Of a stretch of 64,000 bases of DNA, positions 1 to 10,076 are shown one piece after another (the first letter of the stretch is position 1; every line of letters begins with the position of its first letter). The translations under genes were made by a program, and so were the position numbers. The DNA is taken from contig CAVYTA010000006.1 of the NCBI GenBank assembly GCA_963771355.1, positions 2,690,859-2,754,858 of the forward strand. Reading direction: 5' to 3'. The notes below the pieces were generated by a model. It was not told the DNA's origin, did no database searches, and worked only from the letters and a program-made list of their open reading frames with translations. Source of the stretch: an uncultured Candidatus Rokubacteria bacterium. Lineage in GTDB: Bacteria > Methylomirabilota > Methylomirabilia > Rokubacteriales > CSP1-6.

Positions 1-150
1 GACCCTTCTAGAATCTGAAGACACCAAGAAACAGGGGGGAGTGGGCTATTAGTGTCCCAGTTGGATCAGTGCAACTATTCCACTGAAAATTCAAAGCAGT
101 TGATTTGTTTGGTGCTTCACTCGGAAAACATCTGGGCTACGGGAGTCACA

Positions 151-1527
151 CTAGTGTGACTTGTGGTTCCCGGTACGGTAGGCTTTTGAGTTAATTGAGT
201 ATTTAGCGATGAGCCGGTGAAAGTTTCGCCGGGTGATGCGCGCGCGCTTGGCCGCCAGGGAGATATTGCCCCCGGCCTCGGCAAGGAACCGCGTGACGGC
301 CTCGCGCTCGAACACGGCGATCGCGCGCTCCTTGGCCTCGAGAAAGCCGTCATCGGTGGACACCCGGAGGGGCCCGCCCTCCTGCAGGTAGAGCGGGAGA
401 TGGGGCAGATCGACCTCGCGGGTGGAGGCGAGCACCACCGCCCGCTCGATGACGTTCTCGAGCTCGCGCAGATTGCCCGGCCACGGATAGCGCGTGAGCA
501 GATCGAGCGCTTCCGGCGAGAACCGGTCCACCTTCTTGTTCACCTTGGCCTCGGCCTTGCGCAGAAAGTGATAGGCGAGGACGGGGATGTCCTCCGCGCG
601 CTCGCGCAGGGGCGGCAGTGGGATGGTGAAGGTGTTGAAGCGGTAGAAGAGGTCGGAGCGGAACTCGCCCACCTCCAGGGCGCGCTCGAGATCGCGATTG
701 GTGGCCGCGATCACGCGCACCCGGATCTTCCGCGTCACCGCGTCGCCCACCGATTTGATCTCGCCCGCCTGGAGCACGCGGAGGAGCTTGGACTGCATCT
801 CCGGCGGCATGTCGCCGATCTCGTCCAGGAAGATGGTGCCGTTGTCGGCCTTCTCGAACAGCCCGACCTTGTCGGCCACCGCGCCGGTGAAGGCGCCGCG
901 CTTGTGCCCGAACAGCTCCGATTCCATGAGCGACGCCGTGACCGCGGTGCAGTTGACGGTGACCAGCGGCTTGTCGCGCAGGTTCGAGTAGCGATGAATC
1001 GCGCGCGCCACCAGCTCCTTGCCCGTCCCCGACTCGCCGCGGATGAGGACGGTGGTAGGCGTGGGCGCCACCCGCGCGATCAGCTCGGCCACCTCCTTCA
1101 TCTTCGGGTTCTGGCCGATGATGAAGTCGCCCTCCGCCTGGCGCTGGAGCTCACGCAGCATGAGCGAGTAGCGGTCCTCGAGCTCGTCCGACCGCTTGCG
1201 CTCGGCGAGCAGATCCCACATGAACTTGGCGCTGGCGCCGCCCATGACCTCCGTCATGGGAGCCTTGAGACGATGGATCTCCGCCGCCACCGTCGGATTG
1301 CCCGTCACGTCGATGATGAGATCCACCCGCGGATCCTGGACGAGCTCGCGGAAGTCGGTGGCGACGGGGAAGTTGAGGCGGCGGGCCAGCTCGAGGCCGG
1401 GCGCCCAGGCGTTCGCGTCGGCCACGCCCACGATGGACACGGTCGGGTCGCCCACGATCATTTCGAGGAGGGCGCGCCCACCCTTCCCCGCTCCCACGAT
1501 GATGACCTTGGTCACGGCTGCGGTCAC
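151..1527 (-). CDS. Sigma-54-dependent transcriptional activator (bEBP) with N-terminal NAD(P)-binding Rossmann-like domain, BkdR-like architecture without PAS
   Basis: N-terminal [10 protein letters not shown]; Walker [16 protein letters not shown]-x-x-[21 protein letters not shown]-terminal Fis-like HTH. Confidence 0.9.
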   Translation of the reverse strand: MTAAVTKVIIVGAGKGGRALLEMIVGDPTVSIVGVADANAWAPGLELARRLNFPVATDFRELVQDPRVDLIIDVTGNPTVAAEIHRLKAPMTEVMGGASAKFMWDLLAERKRSDELEDRYSLMLRELQRQAEGDFIIGQNPKMKEVAELIARVAPTPTTVLIRGESGTGKELVARAIHRYSNLRDKPLVTVNCTAVTASLMESELFGHKRGAFTGAVADKVGLFEKADNGTIFLDEIGDMPPEMQSKLLRVLQAGEIKSVGDAVTRKIRVRVIAATNRDLERALEVGEFRSDLFYRFNTFTIPLPPLRERAEDIPVLAYHFLRKAEAKVNKKVDRFSPEALDLLTRYPWPGNLRELENVIERAVVLASTREVDLPHLPLYLQEGGPLRVSTDDGFLEAKERAIAVFEREAVTRFLAEAGGNISLAAKRARITRRNFHRLIAKYSINSKAYRTGNHKSH

Positions 1528-1579
1528 GGCTGGGTCATGGCTGGGTCACGGCTCGACGACCACCCGTCCCCCGGACGGC

Positions 1580-2941
1580 CTAGACGGGCTGGACCTGGCG
1601 GCTCGGCGGCGCGAGGTTCTCGAAGGACGCGTACTCGGGAATGAAGGTGACCTGCACCTTGCCGGTGGGCCCGTTACGCTGCTTGCCGATGATCACGTCG
1701 GCTACCCGGTCCCCGTCCGGCGACTCCAAGCCGTACCGCTCCGGCCGGTAGAGGAAGAGGATGAGATCGGCGTCCTGCTCGAGGGCTCCGGACTCACGGA
1801 GGTCGGACAGCTGCGGCTCCTTGGACTGCCGGGCCTCCACCGCCCGGGAGAGCTGTGACAGCGCCACCACCGGCACGTTGAGCTCCTTGGCCAGCGCCTT
1901 GAGGGAGCGCGAAATCTCGGAGATTTCCTGCTGGCGGTTCTCGGGGGTGCGACCGCGCATGAGCTGGAGGTAGTCGATGACGATGAGATCCAGGCCGTGC
2001 TCCGCCTTCATCCGCCTCGCCTTGGCGCGGGCCTCCAGGACCGAGAGCGCCGGCGAGTCGTCGATGTAGATCGGCGCGTCGGCGAGCTTGCCGGCGGCGT
2101 GCGTCATGCGCGTCCAGTCCCGGGGATCCAGGTAGCCGGTGCGCACCTTGTGGGAGTCGACGCGGGCCTCCGCGCAGAGCAACCGCTGCACCAGCTGCTC
2201 CTTGGACATCTCCAGGCTGAGCACGAGCACCCGCTTGTGGTCGACGACCCCGGCGTACTTGGCGACGTTCAGCGCGAAGGCGGTCTTTCCCATCGACGGA
2301 CGTCCGGCGATGATGATGAAGTCGCTGGACTGGAATCCGGAGGTCATCTCGTCGAGCTTGCCGAACCCGGTGGCGAGCCCGGTGACGTGCTCCTTGCGCT
2401 CGTAGAGCCGCTCGATGTGCTCGAAGGTGTCCTTGAGGATGGCCCGTACCGGGAAGGCCGATCCCTGCATCCGGCGCTCGGAGATCTGGAAGATGAGGCG
2501 CTCGGCGTCGTCGAGCAGCTTCTCCACTTCCTGGCTGCCGTCGTAGCTCTGGGAGATGACCTCGGTGGACACGCGGATGAGGTCGCGCAGGAGCGCCTTC
2601 TCGCGGACAATGCTGCCGTAGGCGACGAGGTGGGCGGAGGTGGCCGCTTCCTCCACCAGCGCCGCGAGGGCGGCGGGGCCGCCCACCGCCTCGAGATGGT
2701 TCTGGCGCTTGAGCTCTTCGGACAGGGTGAGCAGGTCCACCGGCTCGTTGCGCTCGAAGAGCCCGAGCATGGTGTCGAAGATCTTCCGGTGGCCCTCCTT
2801 GTAGAAGTCAGAGGGCTTGAGGAGCTCGATGGCCCGCGGCAGGCTCTCCCGCTCCAGCAGAATGGCGCCCAGCACGGCCCGCTCGGCCTCCAGGCTGTGG
2901 GGTGGAATCTTGGAGGTGAGCAGCTCGGTGAGAGTGGCCAC
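1580..2941 (-). CDS. dnaB: Replicative DNA helicase
   Basis: PPHSLEAERAVLG N-terminus, GRPSMGKT, IDYLQL, LSQLSR, DLRESGALEQDAD, KQRNGP. Confidence 0.98.
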   Translation of the reverse strand: MATLTELLTSKIPPHSLEAERAVLGAILLERESLPRAIELLKPSDFYKEGHRKIFDTMLGLFERNEPVDLLTLSEELKRQNHLEAVGGPAALAALVEEAATSAHLVAYGSIVREKALLRDLIRVSTEVISQSYDGSQEVEKLLDDAERLIFQISERRMQGSAFPVRAILKDTFEHIERLYERKEHVTGLATGFGKLDEMTSGFQSSDFIIIAGRPSMGKTAFALNVAKYAGVVDHKRVLVLSLEMSKEQLVQRLLCAEARVDSHKVRTGYLDPRDWTRMTHAAGKLADAPIYIDDSPALSVLEARAKARRMKAEHGLDLIVIDYLQLMRGRTPENRQQEISEISRSLKALAKELNVPVVALSQLSRAVEARQSKEPQLSDLRESGALEQDADLILFLYRPERYGLESPDGDRVADVIIGKQRNGPTGKVQVTFIPEYASFENLAPPSRQVQPV

Positions 2942-2943
2942 CC

Positions 2944-3387
2944 CTACTCCCGGCTGACGGAGACCTTCAGCTGCGCGGTGACGTCGGAGTGCAGCCGAAC
3001 CGGCACGCTGAACTCGCCCAGCGTCTTGATCGGCTCGTCCAGCATGATCCGCCGCCGCTCCACCTCGACGCCGTGCTGCGAGAGGAAGGCGGCGATGTCC
3101 GCCTTGCCCACCGACCCGAAGAGCTTGCCCTCGTCGGAGGCCTGCCGGCTCTGAGTGAAGGCGAGCGCCTCGATGGCCTTGGCCTGACCCTCGGACTCGT
3201 TGCGGAGCTTGGCCGCCTGGCTCTCCTGGCGCGCCTTGATGGCATCGAGATTCTTGAGATTGGCCGAGGTCGCGTTCAGCGCGAGCTTGTGAGGCAGGAG
3301 GTAGTTGCGGGCATAGCCGTCGGAGACGTCGCGGATCTCGCCGCGGCGACCGAGCTTCGGCACATCGTCGAGCAGGATGATCTTCAT
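2944..3387 (-). CDS. rplI: 50S ribosomal protein L9
   Basis: MKIILLDDVPKLG...GYARNYLLP, GKLFGSV; true ATG at 3387 inside the longer ORF; synteny with rpsR and dnaB. Confidence 0.97.
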   Translation of the reverse strand: MKIILLDDVPKLGRRGEIRDVSDGYARNYLLPHKLALNATSANLKNLDAIKARQESQAAKLRNESEGQAKAIEALAFTQSRQASDEGKLFGSVGKADIAAFLSQHGVEVERRRIMLDEPIKTLGEFSVPVRLHSDVTAQLKVSVSRE

Positions 3388-3403
3388 CGCGTGCTCACGA
3401 TCC

Positions 3404-3649
3404 TCACTCGCCCGTGTAGGGGACGAGGGCCACGGTACGCGCGCGGCGGATGGCGTGGGTGAGCTGCCGCTGGTGGCGGGAGCAGCTCCCGGAGATGCGC
3501 CGCGGCGTGATCTTGCCGCGCTCGGACACGAAGCTGCGCAGCCTCCGGATGTCCTTGTAGTCGATGAGGCTGACCTTGTCGACACAGAACTTGCAGACTT
3601 TACGCCGGCCGAACCGGCGCCGCTTCAACGGCTTCGATGCTGGCGGAAT
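3404..3649 (-). CDS. rpsR: 30S ribosomal protein S18 (Zn-binding form); start ATT 3649 or TTG 3628
   Basis: RRKVCKFC...IDYKD...[20 protein letters not shown] lies 8 nt before the in-frame ATT at 3649. Confidence 0.95.
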   Translation of the reverse strand: MPPASKPLKRRRFGRRKVCKFCVDKVSLIDYKDIRRLRSFVSERGKITPRRISGSCSRHQRQLTHAIRRARTVALVPYTGE

Positions 3650-3661
3650 GGCTCGCTCCTC

Positions 3662-4069
3662 CTAGAAAGGGACCTCGTCGTCCCCGTCACTTGTGGTCTC
3701 GCCGCCCTCGGCGGGAGCCCCCGGCGCCACCGGACTCTTGGTCCGGCCCATGAACTGCACGCGCTCGGCGACCACCTCGACGACGGTGCGCTTCTGCCCG
3801 TCCTTCGTCTCCCAGTCCCGCGTCTGCAGCCGTCCGTCCACCAGGATGGGGCTCCCCTTATCCAGATACTCCCCGCACGTCTCCGCCTGCTTGCCCCACA
3901 CCACCACGGTGAGGAAGCACGTCTCCTCCCGCTTCTCGCCGCTCTGGGTGGTGTAGTTGCGGTTGACCGCGAGCCGGAGATCGGCGACCGCGGTGCCGCT
4001 CGGCGTGTAGCGAAGCTCCGGGGGGCGGGTCAGGTTCCCAATGAGGAACACCTTGTTCAGGCTCGCCAT
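3662..4069 (-). CDS. ssb: Single-stranded DNA-binding protein
   Basis: MASLNKVFLIGNLTRPPELRYTPSG; acidic C-terminus DDEVPF; ATG overlaps the rpsF TGA. Confidence 0.98.
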   Translation of the reverse strand: MASLNKVFLIGNLTRPPELRYTPSGTAVADLRLAVNRNYTTQSGEKREETCFLTVVVWGKQAETCGEYLDKGSPILVDGRLQTRDWETKDGQKRTVVEVVAERVQFMGRTKSPVAPGAPAEGGETTSDGDDEVPF

Positions 4070-4413
4070 CAGACGACCTCCTCCGGTACCGCGGCCTCCA
4101 CCTTCGGCGCCGAGCGCTGGCGCTTGCGCACCGGCACCCGCGTCGTCATGTAGCGGAGGACGTTCTCGTTCAGCTTCAGCTGCCGCTCGAACTCCTTGAC
4201 CGCGGCCGGCTCGGCCGAGCACGGGATCACCGCATAGGTTCCCTCGCGCTGCTTGCGGATGTCGTAGGTGAGCCGGCGCTTGCCCCAGTTCTCGACCGTG
4301 CCGACCTCCGCGCCCAGCCCCTTGAGCATGTCCTGCAGGCGGGTGAGGAGTGCCGTCACCTCCTCGTCCGTGGGACGGGGATCGAAGATCACCAAAATCT
4401 CGTACGGATACAG
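4069..4413 (-). CDS. rpsF: 30S ribosomal protein S6; start probably CTG 4413 (alternatives GTG 4422 or 4440)
   Basis: YEILVIFDP, WGKRRLTYDI, VLRY; first gene of rpsF-ssb-rpsR-rplI. Confidence 0.95.
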   Translation of the reverse strand: MYPYEILVIFDPRPTDEEVTALLTRLQDMLKGLGAEVGTVENWGKRRLTYDIRKQREGTYAVIPCSAEPAAVKEFERQLKLNENVLRYMTTRVPVRKRQRSAPKVEAAVPEEVV

Positions 4414-4478
4414 TTGCGTCACCCCCTCCAAACCACTCACTCCGGTCTCGAAAGCAGTTAACCCTACCAGACGACCCG

Positions 4479-4508
4479 ACTTTAGGCAACCTAGCGGGCC
4501 GCGGTCAA
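4479..4508 (-). promoter_or_regulatory. Putative sigma-70 promoter of the rpsF operon
   Basis: TTGACC-N18-TAAAGT on the minus strand upstream of rpsF. Confidence 0.5.
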
Positions 4509-4517
4509 GACGTGGAC

Positions 4518-4560
4518 AAAAATAGACACGGCCCCTGTCCAGGAGGACAGAGGCCGTGCC
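4518..4560 (-). terminator. Intrinsic terminator after groEL
   Basis: GC stem GGCACGGCCTCTGTCC-TCCT-GGACAGGGGCCGTGTC followed by TATTTTT on the minus strand. Confidence 0.75.
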
Positions 4561-4585
4561 CGACCGCGGGTGAAGCTCGCCGGCC

Positions 4586-6205
4586 TTAGAAGTCGCCGTG
4601 CGGCATCGGCGGAGCCGCCGCCGGCTTCTCCTCCGGCAGGTCGGTGATCAGCGCCTCGGTGGTGAGCAGCAGGGAGGCCACCGACGCCGCGTTCTGGAGC
4701 GCGATACGCTCGACCTTGGTGGGGTCGATGATGCCGGCCTGGATCATATCCACGTACTCCAGGCTCTCGGCGTCGAAGCCCCGGGTGGGGACCGTCTCCG
4801 CCTTGACCTTCTCGACCACGACGCTGCCCTCGAGGCCGGCGTTCTCCACGATCTGCCGGATCGGCTCCTCGAGCGCCCGCCGCACGATGAGGGCGCCCAC
4901 CTTCTCGTCGCCCTCGAGCTTCAAGCGGTCGATGGCCTTGGACGCCCGCAGGAGCGCCACGCCACCGCCCGGCACGATGCCCTCTTCCACCGCGGCCCGG
5001 GTCGCGTTGAGCGCGTCCTCGACCCGCGCCTTCTTCTCCTTCATCGCGGTCTCGGTGGCCGCGCCCACCTTGACCACCGCGACGCCTCCGGCCAGCTTGG
5101 CGAGCCGCTCCTGGAGCTTCTCGCGGTCGTAGTCCGAGGTGGTCTCCTCGATCTGCGCCCGGATCTGCTTGATGCGGCCCTCGATGACGGAGGACTTGCC
5201 GGCGCCCTCGACGATGGTGGTGTTGTCCTTGTCCACCACGATCTTCTTGCCCTTGCCGAGATCCTCGAGCTTGATGTTCTCGAGCTTGATCCCGAGATCC
5301 TCGGTGATGGCCTTGCCGCCGGTCAGGATCGCGATGTCCTCGAGCATGGCCTTCCGGCGATCACCGAAGCCGGGGGCCTTGACCGCGGCGCAGTGCAGCG
5401 TGCCGCGGAGCTTGTTGACGACCAGGGTCGCCAGCGCCTCGCCCTCGACATCTTCCGCGATCACCAGGAACGGCTTCCCCGAGCGCGCCACCTGCTCGAG
5501 CAGGGGCAGCATGTCCTTCATGACGCTGATCTTCTTCTCGTGGATCAGGATGAGGGCGTCTTCCAGCACGCACTCCATCCGCTCCGCGTCGGTGGCGAAG
5601 TAGGGGGAGAGATAGCCCCGGTCGAACTGCATGCCCTCGACCACGTCCAGGACGGTCTCGGCGGACTTCGACTCCTCCACCGTGATGACGCCGTCCTTGC
5701 CGACCTTCTCCATCGCCTCGGCGATCAGGTTGCCGATCGTCTTGTCGTTGTTCGCCGCGATCGACGCGACCTGCGCGATCTCCTTCTTGTCCTTGGTGGA
5801 CTTGCTGAGCTTCTTCAGCTCCTCGGTAACCGCGTCCACCGCGGCGTCGATGCCCCGCTTGAGGCCCATGGGGTTGGCACCGGCGGTGACGTTCTTGAGG
5901 CCTTCGCGGAAGATCGACTGCGCGAGCACGGTGGCAGTGGTGGTGCCGTCGCCCGCGATATCGGAGGTCTTGGACGCCACTTCCTTGATCATCTGGGCGC
6001 CCATGTCCTCGTAGTTGTCCTTGAGCTCGATCTCCTTCGCCACCGTCACGCCGTCCTTGGTGATGGTGGGACTGCCGAACTTCTTGTCGATCACCACGTT
6101 GCGCCCCTTGGGGCCCATGGTGGCCTTCACCGCCGCGGACAGGACGTTGACCCCCCGCAGAAGAGCGGCGCGGCCCTCATCGCTGAACATGACCTGCTTC
6201 GCCAT
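4586..6205 (-). CDS. groL: Chaperonin GroEL
   Basis: [42 protein letters not shown]. Confidence 0.99.
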   Translation of the reverse strand: MAKQVMFSDEGRAALLRGVNVLSAAVKATMGPKGRNVVIDKKFGSPTITKDGVTVAKEIELKDNYEDMGAQMIKEVASKTSDIAGDGTTTATVLAQSIFREGLKNVTAGANPMGLKRGIDAAVDAVTEELKKLSKSTKDKKEIAQVASIAANNDKTIGNLIAEAMEKVGKDGVITVEESKSAETVLDVVEGMQFDRGYLSPYFATDAERMECVLEDALILIHEKKISVMKDMLPLLEQVARSGKPFLVIAEDVEGEALATLVVNKLRGTLHCAAVKAPGFGDRRKAMLEDIAILTGGKAITEDLGIKLENIKLEDLGKGKKIVVDKDNTTIVEGAGKSSVIEGRIKQIRAQIEETTSDYDREKLQERLAKLAGGVAVVKVGAATETAMKEKKARVEDALNATRAAVEEGIVPGGGVALLRASKAIDRLKLEGDEKVGALIVRRALEEPIRQIVENAGLEGSVVVEKVKAETVPTRGFDAESLEYVDMIQAGIIDPTKVERIALQNAASVASLLLTTEALITDLPEEKPAAAPPMPHGDF

Positions 6206-6321
6206 CGTTGTCTCTCCTCTTCGATCGTTGGCTGGAATGGGCCGGACTGGATCCGGCCTGGTTTGTTGGCTCTCAGGCGCCCCGCGGCGGCCGCCGCCGC
6301 GACCCGCTACGCCGCGATCCG

Positions 6322-6609
6322 CTACTCGATGATGGCGAGCACGTCCTCCTCGCGCATGATCAGGTACTCCTCGTCGTCGATCTTCACCTCGGAGCCCGAA
6401 TACTTGCCGAAGAGGATCTTGTCGCCCGCCTTGACGTCGAGGGGGATCTTCTTGCCTTCGTCACTCACCTTCCCGTTTCCCACCGCGATCACCTTGCCCT
6501 CCTGGGGCTTTTCCTTGGCGGTGTCCGGGATGATGATGCCGCCCTTCTTCTGCTCCTGCTCTTCGAGACGCTTGATAAGGATGCGGTCGTGCAACGGACG
6601 AATCTTCAT
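6322..6609 (-). CDS. groS: Co-chaperonin GroES
   Basis: [14 protein letters not shown]...[19 protein letters not shown] 6609 with AGGAGG SD. Confidence 0.98.
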   Translation of the reverse strand: MKIRPLHDRILIKRLEEQEQKKGGIIIPDTAKEKPQEGKVIAVGNGKVSDEGKKIPLDVKAGDKILFGKYSGSEVKIDDEEYLIMREEDVLAIIE

Positions 6610-6673
6610 GGTCAACTCGCCTCCTGCTGGGTAAGATGTTGGGCCTGGCAGCCTTCCACGGCCACCAAATCGG

Positions 6674-6700
6674 TTAGCACTCATCGAGTGCGACTGCTAA
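6674..6700. promoter_or_regulatory. CIRCE element (HrcA operator)
   Basis: TTAGCACTC-N9-GACTGCTAA, one mismatch to TTAGCACTC-N9-GAGTGCTAA, upstream of groES. Confidence 0.92.
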
Positions 6701-6727
6701 TATAGCGGCGGATTTGGCCGCTGTCAA
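6699..6727 (-). promoter_or_regulatory. groESL sigma-70 promoter overlapping CIRCE
   Basis: TTGACA (6727-6722)-N17-TATATT (6704-6699). Confidence 0.8.
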
Positions 6728-6775
6728 GCTGCACCATTGGTTTACATTTCCTATACTTAGGTATCGGAGGCACGG

Positions 6776-7771
6776 ATGGCTGAACCCGACCGTAAACCCG
6801 CAATCTTGATCTCCCGCCTCCTCCCCGAGGAGGCGCTCGTCGCGGCGCGGGCCCGGGCCGACGTGGACGTGCACACGGGCGATCGCCCCCTCACCAAGCC
6901 TGAGCTCATCGCGCGGCTGAAGGGACGCCAGGGGCTCGTGTGTCTCATCACCGACGCCATCGACGCCTCGGTGCTCACCGCCTGCCCGGACCTCCGCGTG
7001 GTGGCCAACGTGGCGGTCGGCTACAACAACATCGACGTGGCCGCGGCGACCCGGGCCGGCGTCGTCGTCACCAATACCCCCGACGTCCTCACCGAGACCA
7101 CCGCCGACTTCGCCTGGACCCTCCTCATGGCCACCGCCCGGCGCCTGGTGGAAGGCGACCGCTATGTCCGCGAGGGCAAGTTCACCCAGTGGGAGTACAT
7201 GCTGCTCCTCGGCGGCGACATCCACGGCAAGACCCTCGGGGTGGTGGGCTTCGGCCGGATCGGCCGTGCGGTGGCCCGCCGCGCCCAGGGCTTCGGCATG
7301 CGCGTGCTCTATCAGGACGCGGTGGCGGCCACCCCCGCCCAGGAGGCCGAGCTCAAGGCGACCCGAGTGGACCTCGCCGAGCTCCTGCGTGAGTCCGACT
7401 TCGTGTCGCTCCACACCCCGCTGCTCCCGGAGACACGGCACCTCATCAATGCCGAGTCGCTCCGCACCATGAAGAAGACGGCGTACTTGATCAATGCGGC
7501 CCGGGGCCCGGTGGTCGACGAGGCGGCGCTCGTCCAGGCGCTGCAGGAGCACTGGATCGCCGGGGCGGGCCTCGATGTCTTCGAGGACGAGCCCAAGGTC
7601 CATCCCGGCCTGGTCGGGCTACCGAATGTCGTGGTCGCTCCGCATATCGCCAGCGCCTCCCACGGCACGCGGCAGGCGATGGCCAACCTGGCCGTCGACA
7701 ACTGCCTGTCGGTGCTGGAAGGCAAGGCGCCGCCGACCCCGGTGAACCCGGAAGCATCGCGGCGGCGCTGA
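6776..7771 (+). CDS. D-2-hydroxyacid dehydrogenase (glyoxylate/glycerate reductase family)
   Basis: AVGYNNID, TNTPDVL, GVVGFGRIG, INAARG, GLDVFEDEP, PHIAS. Confidence 0.92.
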   Translation: MAEPDRKPAILISRLLPEEALVAARARADVDVHTGDRPLTKPELIARLKGRQGLVCLITDAIDASVLTACPDLRVVANVAVGYNNIDVAAATRAGVVVTNTPDVLTETTADFAWTLLMATARRLVEGDRYVREGKFTQWEYMLLLGGDIHGKTLGVVGFGRIGRAVARRAQGFGMRVLYQDAVAATPAQEAELKATRVDLAELLRESDFVSLHTPLLPETRHLINAESLRTMKKTAYLINAARGPVVDEAALVQALQEHWIAGAGLDVFEDEPKVHPGLVGLPNVVVAPHIASASHGTRQAMANLAVDNCLSVLEGKAPPTPVNPEASRRR

Positions 7772-7775
7772 GGGC

Positions 7776-8831
7776 GTGGAGCTTCTCCGGCTCGCCGACG
7801 TCAGCAAGCGCTACGCGGCCGATCAGCCGCCCGCGGTGGACGGCCTGTCGCTGGTGGTGGCGGAGGGCGAGATCGTGGCGCTGCTCGGCCCGTCAGGATG
7901 CGGTAAAACAACCACGTTGCGGCTGATCGCCGGCTTCGAGACCCCGGATTCGGGCACGGTGAGCCTGCGCGGCAAGGTGGTGGCGGGACCTGGGTCGTTC
8001 GTACCTCCGGAGACGCGAGGCGTGGGTATCGTCTTCCAGGACTACGCGCTCTTCCCCCATCTCTCCGTGGAAGACAATGTCGGATTCGGCCTCGACCGGC
8101 TGACGCGCGCGGCCCGCCGGGCCCGGGTGGCCGGGGTGCTGGACCTGGTGGGCCTGGGGGGCTTCGGCGGCCGCTACCCCCACGAGCTGTCCGGCGGGCA
8201 GCAGCAGCGGGTGGCGGTGGCCCGCGCGCTGGCGCCCGCCCCCGCCCTCCTGCTCCTCGACGAGCCATTCTCCAACCTGGACGCCGACCTTCGCGCGCAG
8301 ATGCGGGAGGAAGTCGAGACCATTCTCCGGAACACCAAGACCACCGCGATCTTCGTCACGCACGATCAGGAGGAGGCCTTCGCCCTCGCCGATCGCGTGG
8401 GCGTCCTCTCACACGGGCGGATGGAGCAGATCGCCGCGCCGGAGACGGTCTACCATCACCCCGCCTCACAGTTCGTCGCCGAGTTCGTGGGCGCCGCCGA
8501 CTTCCTGCCCGGGGTCGTGACCAGCGAGGGCATCGTCACGGAGCTGGGGATATTCGGCAACCGCGACGAGCTGGAGCCGGGCGAGCGGGTCGAGGTCATG
8601 ATCCGTCCCGACGACATCGCCTTCGTGCCGCAGGAGGATGGGAGCGGGGTCATCACGCGCCGTTTCTTCCGGGGCTCGGAGTGCCTCTACTGCATCGAGC
8701 TGCCCTCGGGGCACCGCGTGCACTCCTCGCAGCCGTCCTCGTCCACCCTGCCCACCGGGACGCGCGTGCGTGCACAGGCGCACGTGCTGCACGTGGTGAC
8801 CTTCCCCGCCGTGGACGCGGCGGGGACCTAG
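7776..8831 (+). CDS. ABC transporter ATP-binding protein (FbpC/PotA type with TOBE domain)
   Basis: GPSGCGKT, FQDYALFPHL, LSGGQQQR, LLLDEPF, VTHDQEEA. Confidence 0.92.
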   Translation: MELLRLADVSKRYAADQPPAVDGLSLVVAEGEIVALLGPSGCGKTTTLRLIAGFETPDSGTVSLRGKVVAGPGSFVPPETRGVGIVFQDYALFPHLSVEDNVGFGLDRLTRAARRARVAGVLDLVGLGGFGGRYPHELSGGQQQRVAVARALAPAPALLLLDEPFSNLDADLRAQMREEVETILRNTKTTAIFVTHDQEEAFALADRVGVLSHGRMEQIAAPETVYHHPASQFVAEFVGAADFLPGVVTSEGIVTELGIFGNRDELEPGERVEVMIRPDDIAFVPQEDGSGVITRRFFRGSECLYCIELPSGHRVHSSQPSSSTLPTGTRVRAQAHVLHVVTFPAVDAAGT

Positions 8832-10063
8832 GCGTCGAGGCCGGGAGTCACGCCCCGGAGCAGGCGTCGCTCCAGGCGCTCGAGACGATGGCCGAGCGCC
8901 TCGCGCGCTCCCACCGCCGCGCGCCCGGCTTCGGCCCGGGCCAGCGCTTCCTGCACCACCGAGCGCGCGCGCGCCCAGTCCCGGAGCCGGTGCTCGTCGA
9001 TCTTTGCCATCTCCTCCCAGGGCCGGGGGTCGAAGCTGCGCTGCTCGCGCGCCAGCTCGTCCCAGAGCGCCCGGGCCTCCGGCCAGCGCGCGCGCCGCTT
9101 CTCCCCCCACGCCAGCCGGCCGAGCAGGCGGGCCCGCCCGGCGCCGGCGAGGCCGCGCGCGAGGGCCTCCCGGAAGCACGCCTCTCCCCGATCGGCGTCG
9201 CGACGCTCCCAGAGGTGCCCCAGCCCGGCCAGCTCGTCCGGGGCCACGTCCGCGCCGGGGGCCCGGGCCGCCGCGTGCGCGACCCAACCGGTCAGCGCGG
9301 CAAGCGAGAGGATGTCGTGGCGGTTGTGCTCGAAGACACGAGGGAGCTCTCCCGGCTGCTTGCGACGAAGATATTCGAAGTAGACGGCGGGGATGAGCGC
9401 GCCGGGCAGGTCGTCCCGCCGGTGGAAGCCGAGCACGTTCTGCTCCACGGTCCCGAGGCGGCAATCGGGGAGCCGCGCGCTCCACAGGCGGCGCGCGGCG
9501 GGGAGGAGGTCGAGGTGAAAGGGGTCGCTCGGCCAGCGCCGGCGGCCGAGCACGAAGCGTGTCTCGAGCAACGGCAGGTCGAAGCCGGCGCCATTGTAGG
9601 TGACCAGCCCCTCGAAGCCGCGGACGAGCCCGTCGAGCGCGGCCAGCAGCGCCGGCTCCTCGTCGAGGTCGCGCATGAAGTACTGGCGCACCTCGAAGTC
9701 GTCGCCGTCCACGAAGCCCACCCCGACCAGGAACACGTAGGTGCCGGTGCCGCCGGCCAAGCCGGTGGTCTCGGTGTCCAGAAAGAGGAGCCGCGGAGAC
9801 CCGGGGGGGAGGAGCTCGCGGCGCGCGAGCATGGCCAGACACTCGCCGTCCAGCGCCCCGATGGGCCCGAGCGGCTGCGCGCCGTGCGCGCCGGCGAGGG
9901 GGTAGCGGCGCCGCGTGACGAAGATGGAGCCGCGTTCCGTCTCCTCCGCCGCGCCCTCCACCAGCTCTTCCAGGGTGCCCCGGCGGACGGGTCGCGCCGC
10001 CGCCGCGCGCGTGCGCTCCTCGATGCGGCGGATGACCTGACGGAGCTCGGCGGGGACGGCCAC
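8828..10063 (-). CDS. YprB/MrfB-like RNase H-fold (DnaQ-like) exonuclease with C-terminal TPR-like helices
   Basis: FLDTETTGL, TYNGAGFDLP, HLDLL, HNRHD; directly downstream of the DUF1998 helicase. Confidence 0.85.
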   Translation of the reverse strand: MAVPAELRQVIRRIEERTRAAAARPVRRGTLEELVEGAAEETERGSIFVTRRRYPLAGAHGAQPLGPIGALDGECLAMLARRELLPPGSPRLLFLDTETTGLAGGTGTYVFLVGVGFVDGDDFEVRQYFMRDLDEEPALLAALDGLVRGFEGLVTYNGAGFDLPLLETRFVLGRRRWPSDPFHLDLLPAARRLWSARLPDCRLGTVEQNVLGFHRRDDLPGALIPAVYFEYLRRKQPGELPRVFEHNRHDILSLAALTGWVAHAAARAPGADVAPDELAGLGHLWERRDADRGEACFREALARGLAGAGRARLLGRLAWGEKRRARWPEARALWDELAREQRSFDPRPWEEMAKIDEHRLRDWARARSVVQEALARAEAGRAAVGAREALGHRLERLERRLLRGVTPGLDA

Positions 10064-10076
10064 GGGAGAGGCCCCC

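Noticed and set aside
4414..4478. S6:S18-binding leader RNA upstream of rpsF
   Set aside because: I could not identify the conserved CCC-containing stem by eye; it needs an Rfam covariance search
6645..6668. Second degenerate CIRCE near groES
   Set aside because: Spacing and arms do not fit the 9-9-9 consensus
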